Assembly: GCF_006345805.1 (NCBI RefSeq)
Contig: NC_043006.1
Location: 86,800,001 to 86,864,000 of the forward strand
Direction of reading: 5' to 3'
Origin: Octopus sinensis
Taxonomy: Eukaryota
DNA length: 64,000 bases
Every line of letters starts with the position of its first letter. Position 1 is the stretch's first letter. This document shows positions 10,330 through 25,390 of the stretch, one piece after another. Position numbers and translations under genes: made by a program. The notes below the pieces were generated by a model that did no database searches, was not told the origin of the DNA, and saw only the letters and a program-made list of their open reading frames with translations.

Positions 10330-12647
10330 ATGCTTCAGCACGCGAACTCATATAAAGAATCTTGTAAACCAAATTCAAAAACGAAAGACACCCCAGAGTT
10401 TTCTTGTTATTTCTTCTCATGGTCTTGAACTCAAAGCAATGAGCTAATGAAACACTTCTTGGTTATATGTTACTCTCATCACAAGCTGTAATAACTCCTG
10501 GTATGTATTTACAACTGGCTGACTAGACCCAACCTGTATAATATTGACTGTCAACATAGTATGAAGACTGAGCTGAGATAAATACTGTCAATCATTCAAT
10601 TTATATTCAGATAACCTATAAAAATAATTAACTGAGCCAAATACAAACCAACAAGTGGTTGCAAAATACCTGCAAGAAATTTCCAGCCAGATTTCTTCCA
10701 AATCACATTGTACCATTATAAACAAGGAAGAACACATTAGATAATATACTCCTTAAACCATTCCTGAATAATCAAAGCTGGAATTCCTTTAATCATAAGC
10801 CTACTTGATCAACAGCTAAACAATGAAAACTACAAATATTGAATGATATGCTTGATAATTACTAATTAAATGTTGTATAGAGTAATAACACTTCATTCAA
10901 TGCAAACCAATGAGCAGGTCGTTATGCGATTACTTTATCTGTTAGAAAACTCATCTAAGGCTTCTTCAAATCGCATCCCAACACCTTAGAAATAAAGAAG
11001 GATATGTTGGATACTGTAGTCCACAAAATACTGTACCTAGAAAATAAAGCCTATGGATATGAATCATGCAAAATATTTTTAATGGCTAAGGCAGAGGAAG
11101 AAGTGTAGTACTAAATCACTTTTTCAAAGTATTTGATTGGAAAAAAATTGTTTTTCCTCAAATAAGAACCTCACCTAACTGATTGCCTACAGAGTAGCTT
11201 CTGCTAAAGGCACCCTAGTGGTGGTGCTAAACTGGTTGCTGGATCAATTCTACCACAAGGCACCAAAGTGTTGGTGGTACTGCTGCTAAACTAGGCAATG
11301 AATTATGTCTGTTATGTGACACAAACATGATGGTGGTGCTGGTGATAGATTGTCTACTGCAAGACACCAAGGGGTGATAGGGGTGGTGTTAAAATTAGGT
11401 GATGGATTATGTCTACTTCTCATCAATAGAAGTAGTCTCTCTAAAGCAGTGGCAAAGTGTGGGTTGCCATCACCCAGGACTAAGCAAGTATTGTTTTTGT
11501 TTTTTTAAAATTTATTTATCATCTCTACTTTATTTCTAATTCTTTGAAATTTTTCACCTCTAAGAATTTTATACCCAGATTAACTACCCCTGTACCCGTA
11601 CACAAACAGCAACACTACTCTGAAGGCCCTCCACACAGTTTCTGTCTACCAAATATCACAAGCTTTTGATACATTGGAGGCTACTGTAGAAGACACTTGC
11701 CCAAGATACCATGCAGTAGGATCGGGCCTGAAACCATAGAATCAAGAACTAAATTTCTTAACCACGCAGCCATGTGATATGGCTATAAAAACAAATTACA
11801 ATTTGTAACAGAAAAGACTTCTTAAAGCAGAAATCTTTTGTAAGAGTCATCTTCTTTTGTTTGCTTCTATTTGTATATTTACTTTATCTTAGTCCATAGA
11901 GCTCAAACATATTTCTAAAACATTTTTCTACTTTCACTGCACCTAGTTTATTTTATTTCTATTTATTATTTTTTTGATCCTTTGCCATATTTGGCTATTT
12001 TCTGGCAAGAACCTCTTACATGTATCTTTGGAAATGTTTTTGTTAGCCTATATGTCTTTCTTTTCTGGACGAACTCTAAATCAATATCTTCGAAGTGGTG
12101 TTATTAGACAGTTTTTGAAACATATATCCTAGCCAAAATGTTTTTGTTACAGCCAAATAAATAAGTCCACTGGTTCATTATCTTTCTTTTCTGCCATAAG
12201 GTACTCAACTGAGGTTGTTTCACCAGGAAATTCGAAAATATTTTAAAGAATTCATTCTAATAATATTTGAACTTTACTTTCCTTCAAATTTCAAAGCTGC
12301 TTTATAGAAACTGTTCCTCTACCTATCTATCCATTTATCTAAATTACGAAAAAAACATTTCTAACTCAGTACCACATAACAGTCAAACTCAAACAGGCAA
12401 CAGTTTAGATGTGTGCACAAAAACTTAAGTTCAACAGTAATATCTGTAATGTAGTAGAATATTTCTGAGAATTATACTGCAAGGTTGGTCAGAACTCATG
12501 AAACTCAAATCTCTCTGGAATATCTGAAAATATATGTCTGAGAATAGTTTATCTTTCTACTTGTTTATCTCAAGTGTTTCAATTATACCAACTCAAAAAC
12601 GTCAATAACAACTTTAGAGTTCAATATTTAACCACACATTCATTCAA

Positions 12648-12649
<2 letters not shown>

Positions 12650-12683
<34 letters not shown>

Positions 12684-12741
12684 CTGCTTACATGCTCATT
12701 CTCATTTTTCACTGTCACTCTCTCTTTCTCTCTCACTCTCT

Positions 12742-12780
<39 letters not shown>

Positions 12781-12915
12781 TACACACGCATACACACACA
12801 TACACACTAAATCTACTCATACAGATAACACACATTTATACCTGTGCATGTGTCCGTATCTATAAAGCCATACAAGTTTATATACAAACACAGACAGATA
12901 AGTATGTGTGTACAT

Positions 12916-12958
<43 letters not shown>

Positions 12959-13176
12959 TACCCATATATAAACAAATCACTGACTGCCAACTACTTCATG
13001 CCAAACAGACCTTTTACTCAACAATAAACATATATCAGTCACACAATTCACACAACTTTATGAAATGTGTGTGCATGTGTGTGTACATATGTTTTATTTG
13101 CAGAAATATAACATATACATACATACATATTTATATAACATATACGCATATATATGTATATGTCTATAATATCTCT

Positions 13177-13249
<73 letters not shown>

Positions 13250-14317
13250 CTTTCATTGATATATATAAATATATATACATGCATATATATATGTATATAT
13301 ATGCATGCATACACACGCATAGATAAATAGACATACATACATACATACATACATACATGCATACATACATACACACACACACAAACACACACATAGATAA
13401 ATAGATATACATACATATATATGTAATTTCATTAAGTGTATTACATGTATTGTAACTAAGAAGTTGCTATGATATCCCCCTATCGTTTGCAACAAGATAT
13501 TGAAACTAGCACTTGTTGTTACAACCCATATACACTATTTGCATTCATATAATATACACACACACAAACACACTCACACACACTTATTTTCATACTCATT
13601 GAAACAGACACACATGAATACAAAAATGCTAAGCACATTTTCAGAGGGAAACATGTGGCCCATGTTGTTACATAGACACACACATGTAGCTACAGATACA
13701 TACACATTCACAAACAAGAAGACATTCAAAATAATCTACACACCACACATACCCATAATTCTCTCTCTCTTTCATACACACATGCACACACACACATACA
13801 CATATACAGAAATATTACCAAGAAACATACTGGCATATTCCTACACATTTTAAAAAGCACACTTACACATACTCACAAAGTAGATACATAACCATTCAGA
13901 TATCACATCCACACACCCTTAAACACATATATACATGAATTCACTCAAAATACGTTAATATGAATTCAAAGATGCACTTACAACTGAAAGAGAGGAAGAT
14001 GAAGAAGAGAGAAGGTGAAGAAGAGGAGATATATGCTGGCAACACTTACAACCGCATAGACACATGCAAAGATGCATACACAACACTGTCAAAGACACAG
14101 AGTAACAGATGGAGAGAGGGTGGAGAAAAGGGTGAGGGAGGAGGTAGAGAGGAGGAGAGAGAGGAACAGATTTGGAGGAGAAGAGAGAAGGGGACAGAGA
14201 TGGGAGAGAGACACATACAAGGACCCACTGAGACAGAGAGAGGGAGATACACACACACACACACAAATACACGCACACACACACACACCAAATACACGCA
14301 CACACGCACAAATACAT

Positions 14318-14361
<44 letters not shown>

Positions 14362-14626
14362 ACTGAAAGCAAGTAAATTATAGTCCTTTCATGTTAGATC
14401 GATACTGAAACAATGTTTAACTGTAAAGAACATAGGAAAATGAAAAAAGAGAAAAACTATTTTGGCCATTAAACCTTCAGTGGCTCTATAGAAGCTGAAG
14501 ACGGAAATATAAAAATTAATATCTAACACCTCCTTGATCTGTCTCATATACACAAATATATATTCAATATATGCACAATAAACACAAAACAACACACACA
14601 CATCTATCTATCTATCTCTCTATCTG

Positions 14627-14669
<43 letters not shown>

Positions 14670-14727
14670 GTCTATCTGTCTATCTGTCTATCTATCTATC
14701 TATATACCTATCTATTTCTCTATCTGT

Positions 14728-14762
<35 letters not shown>
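12650..14762. repeat. Compound microsatellite region (TG, CA, CT, TA, TACA, GA-rich, TCTA)
   Basis: Direct reading; explains the many low-complexity ORFs. Confidence 0.9.
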
Positions 14763-14763
<1 letters not shown>

Positions 14764-14769
14764 ATACTT

Positions 14770-15240
14770 TATAATTAGGGTTCAGCAAAGATTTGCTTCA
14801 CCACATACCGAAGTTTAGAAATAGCAGTAAAAAAATCTTAGCTATTCTTTCTACTTTAAAAGGGGCTCCCAGAAAACCAAAGTACTTGAAAACAATCCAC
14901 GCAGGCAAGGGGAAAAATAACGAAAATCAATCGATATTAGGTTACCCACATACGCGCGTTTCGGAATTAGATCGGTATAAAGAATAAATAATTATACTTT
15001 ACTCGACTATTTTCGGCTCATCAGCGTAGGATTCCTCATATATGAGGAATCCATGCATATGTAGGTAACCTAATATTGATTGATTTTCATTATTTTCCCC
15101 CTTGCCTGCGTGGATTGTTTTCAAGTACTTTGGTTTTCTGGGAGTCCCTTTTAAAGTAGTAGGAATAGCTAAGATTTTTTGACTGCTATTTCTAAACTTC
15201 GGTATGTGGTGAAGCAAATCTTTGCTGAACCCTAATTATA
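14770..15240. mobile_element. Fold-back element (189-bp inverted arms), PLE inverted pseudo-LTR-like
   Basis: 14770-14958 versus 15052-15240; mirrored ORFs 14793+ and 15217-; HHR across the spacer. Confidence 0.85.
14945..15030 (-). ncRNA. Type I hammerhead ribozyme with long imperfect stem II
   Basis: CCUACG-CUGAUGA-G...C-GAAA-CGCGCG-UA/UGUGGG; stem I 6 bp including two G-U pairs; palindromic stem III ACGCGCGU; base of stem II mismatched. Confidence 0.75.
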
Positions 15241-15348
15241 ATGTATTACTTAAGTTTACCATGAAATGGTCTTTTTCATGCCAAATTCTACTTGGTGAAA
15301 TTACTGATTACTTCTTCATTAATTAATTTTACTCTTTGTTATTATCTA

Positions 15349-15412
<64 letters not shown>

Positions 15413-15467
15413 CCTGTAAATGTATATGTTTATGTAAGTGGTGTGTGTATATATGCATGTGTATATA

Positions 15468-15524
<57 letters not shown>

Positions 15525-16569
15525 AAGAGGGGGAGATATACAAAGAGATAGACACACAGAGAGCTTGTATTGTAGTGCATTCCTTTCATCACCTGTCAAT
15601 TGGAGATCACCAATGTTGTTAGTATTTTCAAAGGTATCATTCCAGTGGTGCTGGGTGGCATTGATGCTGCTAGGGAATGCCTAAATTCTTGAAGCTCACA
15701 TAATAGCACACATTTTCCCACCTGTTATCCATGGAACAACCACCTGGAATTAAGGGAGACATTAAACCTTTTAATCTAGCAATGAATATATTGCCCAAGA
15801 ACTAGGTGAGGATTTTTGCAGGTTGCATATAGCTGATCTAGCTTGCTACCTATATCCAATAGCAAACTTACAACATACTACCTCAATTAGAAACACCATG
15901 CACTGACATATTTATACCCTCCATGTTTCCTTAATTCCCTCATATTTTAGACGGTTCCTTATATGTGCCATGCCACATTGCCTTCCTAAGGTAAAGCCAA
16001 TTTGTCAATCCTGACATATTTTGATAAATTAGTTCATGCCACAAAATTGGCCATTGTTTCATTAATACAATACGATATCAGAACACAAGCAATTAATTCC
16101 AAATCCATCTTTACCTCCTGGACATTAGCACCATTCAGATGTCTGAATATTGGCCTTCCTTTACTGAAGCTTCAAGCATTGTCCTTTTTTACCATTCTTG
16201 TTTAACTTTTAGCATTCAGATTATCCTGTCAAATGTAATCTTTATTTTCTCATATTGTTTTGAATTAATTATGCATTTTCTTCTAGCTTTGGAAAGTTGA
16301 TGATGCGATTGTTTATTTTAGAGTGAAATTATACAGTAGATGGCGGAGGTCAGATCTGGTCAGCTTGAACATAAAACAGGTAGAATATTTTGGCTGGATA
16401 TGACCGGTTTGGATGCTAAAGGGTTAAAACAACTTGGTGTAACCTGTAGCATAGAAGATTCATTGTTGGTTTATATCTTCCACATTAATTGTTAGGGCAG
16501 TCAAATAGTAAAAAAAATATCTATAGTGCATTGAATTCAATGCACCTTTTCTCCATGGAACAACCACCT

Positions 16570-16960
16570 GGCACATGCATCACAACCATATGTTCATAAC
16601 ATGGTGATCTCATGTCAAGATAAACAATACATGAACTTGCAGGTGGGGCCCAGTTAGAATTTTCTTTAGGTCAAGTAGCCCTTCCCACTCAAAAGGTCCT
16701 TGAATAAGGGTTGTTTAAGGATGTTGAACAAAACACCCATGTTTCCAGAGGTGAAGTAATCAAACCACAAAGAAATCCTCTCAACACATGGTTATGATGC
16801 TGCCCCACTACTTCTGCTCGTGATCAGAGATTGCCAGCTACTAAAAGATATGCTCAACTGGTTAAGGTCAAACAGCTGACAAGCAAATTTGTGGTATTGA
16901 GCAGAATATTTGCTGTAGCCTTTTATATTAAGACAAAACAATGTACATTGGGTAATATCA
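16570..16960 (-). mobile_element. Partial copy of the SINE-like family seen at 55172-55818
   Basis: Shared ggcacatgcatcacaaccatatg...gcaggtggggcccagttagaattttc...gcagaatatttgctgta. Confidence 0.8.
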
Positions 16961-17191
16961 GGAAATATGGCATACATCCAATAATCCAATAATTACAATT
17001 TAACTTTTATTAAATTTCTTGGTGTCAATACAAAATGACAAAAGAAATACTAAAAAGTATTAAGCGCTTCTCCTTCTCTGTTTCTATAATTATTTCTCTC
17101 TCACTCTGTGTGTGTGTGTGGATGTAACATTCCTTTATTCTTTCCCAGCCACCAAGCCTCATATTTTAACTCTCTCTGTATCTGTCTCTAT

Positions 17192-17735
17192 ATCATCATC
17201 ATTGTTCGACCGTGGTCAAGACAATGAAATTTACCATGCTACGCCAGACTTCACGGTCCATCATAGCATTACGGAGGTCCTGTTGCTGGATGCCTGTATC
17301 CCTGGAGATTACATCAGGGTAGGAGAGTGTGCGCCTTCTGGTATTGCGAGTAGATGGCTTCCAAGGGAGAAGAGTAGAAATTGCCTCGTTTTCAGCTCTA
17401 CAACAATGTCCAGCAAACTGGACTCTCTTACCTTTCACAAGAGATGACACAGGTGGTAGTTTCCCATATATTTGCATTTTGGTTGGATGACGCTTCCACG
17501 AGAGATTTTGAGCTCTCATAAGGAAGCGAGTGTAGGTTCCATCCAACTGCCTCTCAAGCTTCTTTGATAACGTCCAGGTTTCTGAGCCATATAGTAGAAT
17601 TGGTTCGACTGTGGCTTTGAAGATTTCAAGTTTGAAGTCTCTACTTAGATTTGATGACCAGATCTTATGCATGTCATTACAGGCTGACCAGGCCATACTC
17701 TTTCTAGTTAGAAAATCTTTTCCAGATGATGATAT
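17192..17735 (-). mobile_element. 5'-truncated RTE-type LINE (RT C-terminal region)
   Basis: ORF 17199-17696: FKATVEPILLYGSETWTL, FAGHCCR, DREVWRSMV; short (GAT)n tail. Confidence 0.9.
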
Positions 17736-17884
17736 GTATGACTATATGATGTATAGTGTGACTGAAAAAATAATCAACCAGCCAACTAACTAACACTTAT
17801 ATTGGCCATTATTAAAAGTTGCCAAGGACAACTTTACCTTTCATCCCTTGAATTATTATTGATTTTCTTCTTCTTATTATTATT

Positions 17885-18131
17885 ATTAAAGTGGCAAGCT
17901 GGTAGAACCATTGGCATGCCAGACAAAATATTTACCAGCATTTTGTCTGTTATTACACTCTGATTGGTACTTCATTTATTTGCCGAGGTCAATTTTGCCT
18001 TTCATCCTTTCAGGGTTGTTAAATTAAGTACCAGTCAAGTACTGGGGTCGATGTACTTGAATATCCCCTCCCCCAAATGTTAGGTCTTGTACCTATAGTA
18101 GAAAAGATCATCATTATTATTATTATTATTA

Positions 18132-18188
<57 letters not shown>

Positions 18189-18468
18189 GAAGAAGATGGT
18201 GAGCTGGCAGAATCATTAGCATGCTGGGCAAAATGCTTGCTGGAATTTTGTTCATCCTTACATTCTGAGTTCAAATTCCATCAAGGTTGACTTAGCCTTT
18301 CATCCTTTTGGGGCCGATAAAATAAGTAGCAGTGAAACACTGGGGTCAATGTAATTGACTAGTCTCATCCCCCAAAATTTCAGGTTTTGTGCCGATAATA
18401 GAAAGGGTTGCTGCTGCTGCTGCTGCTGCTGTTGTTGTTGTTGTTGTTATTATTATTATTATTATTAC

Positions 18469-18504
<36 letters not shown>

Positions 18505-18720
18505 GGTGGCAAGCTGGTAGAACTGTTAGCATGTCAAACAAAATGCTTAGTGACATTTTATTCATTTTTTATGTTCAGAGTTCAAATTCTGCTGAGGTTG
18601 ACTTTGCCATTCATCCTGTCAGGTCAATAAAATAAATGCTAGTTGAGTACTGGGGTTGATGTAATCAATTTACCTCTCACCTCAAATTGCTGGTCTTGTG
18701 CCAAAATTTGAAACTATTAT
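17885..18720 (+). mobile_element. Head-to-tail array of three SINEs separated by (TTA)n/(TGC)n tracts
   Basis: SINE heads near 17890, 18197 and 18503, each followed by the same body and a trinucleotide tail. Confidence 0.8.
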
Positions 18721-19889
18721 TACTGTTTTGTTTTTGTTGACACTTTTCATACTGAGTTCAATTCCTGCTGAAGTCAGCTTTGTCCTTCATGGGGTTGATA
18801 AAATAAAGCATCAGTGAAGTACTGAGGGCAATGGTAACAGTCCCCCAGTTCCACTCAAAACTGCTGACCATATGTCTAATTCTCACATAGGTATAGAAAT
18901 AATAATAATGAAAATAATAATAGTAATGATGATAATGATGATGATGATCATCATCATTCCTAGTTTTTGTCCCAAAACCAGCCAATTTGAAGGGAGTGAC
19001 CCAGCTGATACCATCAAGTTCAGTTCTTGACTGATATATTATCTTATTAACCCTTATGTTACAATGGCAAACTTACGACTTCATTAGACGTTGAAGACCT
19101 AGGAAAAGGAGAGTATACTAATTCAAAAGCATGCAGTTCAGTTGATTGAATAATTGACGACTCATATTCAAAATCACTGGTGATCACATACTTATATAGA
19201 TCCTTTTACGCCCTAAGTTCAAATCTTATAAATATCATGACTTATCTTTTATCCTTTCAAAGTCAACAACCAAATTAACAAAGATTGGAGTTAATTTCCG
19301 AAAAACCGCCCTCTGGGCAGTTTTCTGCTGGCATATGTGTTGCGCATATTGATATTATATATACATATAGATATAATACATAAATTGTAGAGTAAATTGA
19401 CAATATGCTCATGAATTGAACAAAAACTCTGTTATAGTTTATTCTGTAATCAGTAAAATGATCCAAGATATATTTAAAAAAGACAAGGCAAACTGGAAAA
19501 GAGATGAGACTGTCAAGGGAAAATGTTCATGAATCTTCACTTGAGTGAATTTGAAAATAGATGCTCTGGAGGGAATTCATGAATTACATTTACCAATGTG
19601 TCAAATTGAGTTTTGCTATATTGTTGTTTCATTATATTCACTTATAGACATCTTAAGTGTTTCTAGTGTCCCTTTCCAAGCAATTAAAAAGTAACTTAAA
19701 TACATTTCAATTAATAAAGAGTAATGAATGTCTCACATCACTGTAGAATTTTTTTGCAGACACATCTGTCAGCAAATGGAATCCTTTTCATTTATCTCGG
19801 TTAATATTTTTATATTTTCTTTTCTTGATGCTTTTGATAATGCAACTTACATTTGACCATATGCAAAAAATTGTGTTGGCAGATGATAT

Positions 19890-20460
19890 TCATCATCATC
19901 ATCATTTAACGTCTGTTTTCCATGCTAGCATGGGTTGGACGGTTTTGACTGAGGGCTGGCAACCAGATGGCTGCACCAGACTTCAGTCTTGATCTGGCAG
20001 AGTTTCTACAGCTAGATGCCCTTCCTAACACCAACCACTCCGGGAGTGTAGTGGGTGCTTTTTACGTGCCACCTGCACGGGGGCCAGTCAGGCAATACTG
20101 GCAATGACCTCACTTGAATCTTTTTACAGGTGCCACCGACACAGGTGCCAGTGAAGCGACGTTGGTAACAATCACGCTTGAATGGTGCCCTTTTACATGC
20201 CATGGGTACGGAAGCCAGTTGGCTGTTCTGGCAACGATCACAACGATCATGCTAGGATGGTGTTCTTAGCACCCTACTAGCACAGGCATGAGTGCCAGTA
20301 AGGCGACGCTGGTAATGATCATACTCGAATAGCCTCTCTGTCAACCTATCAATGATCACACTCATATGGTGCTCTTTGCACCCCGCTAGCACAGATGCCA
20401 GTCATCAAAATGATCTTGATTTTGATTTTGATTTGATTTTGATGATTTTGATTTGATATT
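19890..20460 (-). mobile_element. RTE-tail type retroposon with diverged subrepeats
   Basis: Same 3' block as 8547-8720. Confidence 0.8.
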
Positions 20461-22769
20461 ATGGACTAAATAATTTCAAGATGGTACCCAGCATGACCAC
20501 AGTCTAACACAATTTGAAAACTTAATTCTATTAGATAGGGATTATTGCTTTTGCACTACGTACTACATTTTAAAATAATTTACTCACTTGTTTTGTTGTT
20601 TTTTTTCACTTTATTACATTTTTTACAAATGCAGAGAAAAGCTATTTGTTTACATATGAAATTCAAACAGAAGTTGACACTTAGAACAGAAGCAAATCTT
20701 GTAATATTAAGCATTATAATTTATGTTTAATATACAAATAAACTTTATGGCTCAAACAGTTTTTAATATTCATTTATAATTTCTTCAAACTAATACGACT
20801 TTTTTAATAATGCGGGAAAAAAAAAGATAAACTGGACACAGTCCCACACTTCTTATGATCTTCAAATATTTGTGATCATATGTATATGGTGTGGCTGTGT
20901 GGTAAGAAGTTTGCTTCCCAGCCACATAGTTTTAGTTTCAGTCCATCACATTGCACCTTGAGCAAGAATCTTCTACTATAGCTTCAGGCCCATCAAAGCC
21001 TTGTGAGTGGACTTAATAGACAGAACCTGGCAACAGAAGTAGCAGTGATTGCCTGCTGCTGGCAACAGCTATGATGTGCTTTTATGTACCAAAAAACCAT
21101 ATAAGAGGTTTTCTCTTTTGGTATAAATACTGCTTTTGGTATTAATACTGCTTCTGTTGACATATTTTTTATTAAGCCCACTGGCTTTTAGCAACAGCAG
21201 TGCCTGTTTGGGCTCTGTATTTCTATGTATATTGTTAGTGCAGCAGTTACTACTATTTCTAGCAGTCAGGTGTCTGCCATTGCATAGGCCAAAATAGGCC
21301 AAAATCATGTGATCTGGTAGTCTTGACAGTGGAAGTAGTGGTTATTGTCTGCTGCTGGCAATAGCTTAGATGTGATTTTAAGCACCGAAAAACCATATGT
21401 GAGTTTTTCTCTCTTGGCAAAAATATTGCAGTATTTATGTGTTCTAACACAACATCTACTTTAAGTGGTGAATATTTTATTTTTTGGTACTATTACTGCT
21501 TCAGCTGCTGTGTGTGCATACATGCATGCGCACACGCGTGTGTGTGTGTGTATGTGTGGGTGTGTGTGTGTGTATGTGTGTATGTATGTATGCATGCATG
21601 CATGCATGTATGTATGTATATATGTGTGTGTGTGCATGTGTGAGAGAGAGAGTTTATGTTTGCTCCTGACCAACACATGGCAACTGATGTTAGTTTCTTT
21701 ATGTTCTCAAAACTAAGCAGTTTGACAAAAAGAGACCAATAGAATAAATACTAGGCTTTAAAAAAAAAAGTACTGGAGCTCATTCAAGATGGTGCCCCAG
21801 TATGACCACAATTTAAGGACTGAAGCAAGAAATTTGTTCAAGTGAGACGAGAATCATTAGCAATTCTTGGTTTTTGTTTCCCTGTTTTAATTCCAGTTCA
21901 TGCTTGACTCAAACTTTGATTTAAATCCCTTACAGATTCAGCATTATGATAACTCATTTTGTAATTGTATCAGGTTAATTCTATTGGTTATAAACCCTAC
22001 CCTACTTCCCACTCCTTTGCTAAATTTGGCCTGTTGCCTAGCCAGAAGAAACCACCAACACTGTCACCACCTTTAATAACTCAAAACCCACCACCACTGT
22101 TGGTTCCACCACAACTACCACCACCATCATCGCTGTTGTCATCATCATCATTGTCATAGTCACTGTGGTTATCATTATTGTTAATACCTCTATTATTATC
22201 TGTATCGTTACTATAGCAATCAAAGTCACTTTCTCCACACCCGATTTAAAAGTTACAATCAATGATTCTGCAAAACTGTTCAGACAAGTTGAAAGAGCAA
22301 TCTAGTTTGTCTAGACTTCCACTAATAAAATCTGACATAAAGTGTTTTCCTCACATAAAAAAATAATAATAATAATGATGATAAAACTGCCAACAAGAAA
22401 AAAGACAAAGAAAGAAAGAAAAAGGAAAAAGAAAAAAGTAAAAAGAAAGAAAGTAAGAAAGAAAACAACCGTTTGGTCCAGAAAAGTAATATAGGTTTAA
22501 ATAAATTCATTACAGTATTTACAATGATATTTCATCTTAACAGCTTTCTTTTCTTCGCAAACAAATTGCTAGGGTTGTCAGTTTGAGAGACTATTTTTTA
22601 AATTCCTTTTATATTTCTGTTGCTCTTATTTCAATTTAGACATCAAATTCTTTTGCAAATAACACAATAGGTGAAGGAATATAGATGGAATTTTGTCTTC
22701 ATCCACAAAAATCATGTGTTCACATTTCATTAGAAGTGCTCTCTCTCTCTCTCTCATTCACTTTATAAT

Positions 22770-22825
<56 letters not shown>

Positions 22826-23181
22826 TATATATACATATATGTATATACACACACAGAGACATATATATAAACCACACAAATACAGACACACACATATTTA
22901 TATACATATATGTATATGTATATATACTTACATATGTACATACATATACATATATATATACATACATATCATACATATGTACATACTATATTTATATATA
23001 TACATACATATACATATATACATACATATGCATACATATGCATATATACATTCATATGCATATATACTACATATGCATATATATACATAAATAAATACAT
23101 AAAATAAACATACATATATTTGCATATATACATATATATGCAATATATATATATTATATATATATTATATATATATGCATA

Positions 23182-23225
<44 letters not shown>

Positions 23226-25390
23226 GCACATGTGTATCATACGTACCAACACAAACTGATATATATATATATATACACATGCACATACATACATACACAC
23301 AGACACACATATATATATATATATACTTTTCCTGATTAATGACCTTTAAATCTCTTTGGCTTGAAGCAGTACAAAAGGATTAGAGTTGAAGGCTACGATA
23401 TTATATAGAAACCAGGAACTGGAGCAATTACAGCTTAATTGAATCTAATGAGTCTTACTCTTGTGCTGCCATTAAGAAACTTTCATCATATACAAAAGGA
23501 TTGTGCGGCTATGAGTTAAGTTTTGAGTTGACTGCAGAAAGCTATGAGGAAATTGTGTAAAACTTAGAGAAGGGAAAAAATAAATGTTTTATCTTCAACA
23601 TGAAAGTGAAATTTGATAGTTCTGATACAATGTGATATAAGGAACATACAATAGCCATCTACTGGTTCATGAGAAACTTCAGACTTTATATTTGACTGGA
23701 AGTTTATTTTTTATTTATTTACTGTGGCTGGAGGAAGATGTAGTGACCATTGCTTTTGCAGGCCTTCTTAGACTGAGGAGATGGATGCCATTAACATCAC
23801 TCTTGAACCTTTGTAAATTAATACTTATGGAAAAGACATGAGCAAGGTGGGAAAATTAGTCTATACATACTAGGGTATATGTGTCTATATATTAAAGTGT
23901 AATGATCTATATAGTTGGGCAAATTAGTCTATATGCTATTTTCTTTAGCTCCAGATCAAATATGATTTAGTAACTTCTAAACAAAGATGTTTTAGCCATG
24001 ACTATCTCATTATTTTGTTAGGCATAATGTATCTAGGACTACATTATCCAATGTATCATACCTATTTCAGACAGATTTAAGTGAAGTTTGATTCAATTCT
24101 TTAAAGTTTGTTTTGTTATTTAACCCCAAGTTGGATCTGATGAAGTAAATTTATGGTTAAAGACATTCCAGTAATGAACATCTCTATGATATTTTGGTTT
24201 CTAAGTCTTTTGTTCGTATGGTGAGATGTAGTTTGAGAGGCATTTAGTGGCTATTGAGGAACAATGCATAGATTCCCTCATTGCATAGTTTTTAACTTTC
24301 AAGTTGTTTTTTTTTGTATTATTAACACAGCAGTAAATAGTTTTGGAAACTAATGTGGGTTTAACAGAATCACTCTAAGGTAAATGATTACCAATAAGTG
24401 AATTTATGCCATGCTTATGAAGAATCTTGCAAATGAATTCTTGTAAATAAGTATTTGGCTATGATTTGACAGAATTATAATTTTTTTCCTTAACACTACA
24501 TGTTTCAACATGCTAAGTTCAATTAAAACAAACACAGGAATTTAGTCAATTGACAATAACATATCTAGTCATTTTCAACACATTCTGACAAATTGAAATA
24601 GGAATATGTGACCTCTGTTCTTTTATATCCTTGGAGAACTCCTCATCCTTTTAGACAGCGTGTGTTCACAATACACACTATGAATTATTGTCTGTTTGGT
24701 AAACATACTCATGCATCAGCAAATAGTTTACTAATTCCTATACACAAGGGCCCAGACTCTTGCTAAATTCATCAGTCTGGTAGGGTAGCTTCGACTGAGA
24801 AACACAATGAGGTTGAAACACCATGGTGTTCTCAGAGGTCCCTTAATCTGCCAAACTGAGTGTGTTATGAACACATATTTTTTAAAGAGAGACTTTCTTT
24901 GATGACAAAAAATAACAGCAATAAGATAATTACACTTAAATCTACCAGAAAATATAAAGAATATAAAAATATATTATTGTTTGGATTCTCAGTTCTGTGT
25001 GCATACTACTCTCATACTACAGTCTACATAACTAATCATATCCCAAAGGATTACTCAGTATGATACCAACATAGATTGAAACATGGTACAGCCAGAGATG
25101 TTCGTGTTATAAGGTACTCCCAAAATATTTTATTTATTATTTCTGTGACATAGATCTGCTCACACATTTCTTGAGTAGGTGGGTTATAAAACAAGAAAAA
25201 TTGTCTCATCTCATACTAAACTCTGCTGTGTTTTAATCACTCATTGCAGACATGAGGAACACAACTAGCAAATTAATTAAATGATATTTGATGTGAATAG
25301 AGAGTGATGATGTAATCAATGATGATCCCCACATATTTCAAAACTAATGTGGTTTCAAGCTCAATGCACAGCACAAAGAATAATTCAGTT

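Noticed and set aside
14793-15217. Pair of similar convergent ORFs (MLHHIPKF...)
   Set aside because: Consequence of the inverted repeat; no homology evidence
19077-19098. Possible 22-bp minus-strand microexon (ccttttcctAG|gtcttcaacgtctaatgaagtc|GTaagt)
   Set aside because: Good splice signals, but the phase-0 reading hits a stop and it does not match the expected G(A/S)xxxRM exon; could be chance
24750-24780. Minus-strand CTGATGA with complementary flanks ccaga/tctgg
   Set aside because: No stem II or GAAA, so not a hammerhead
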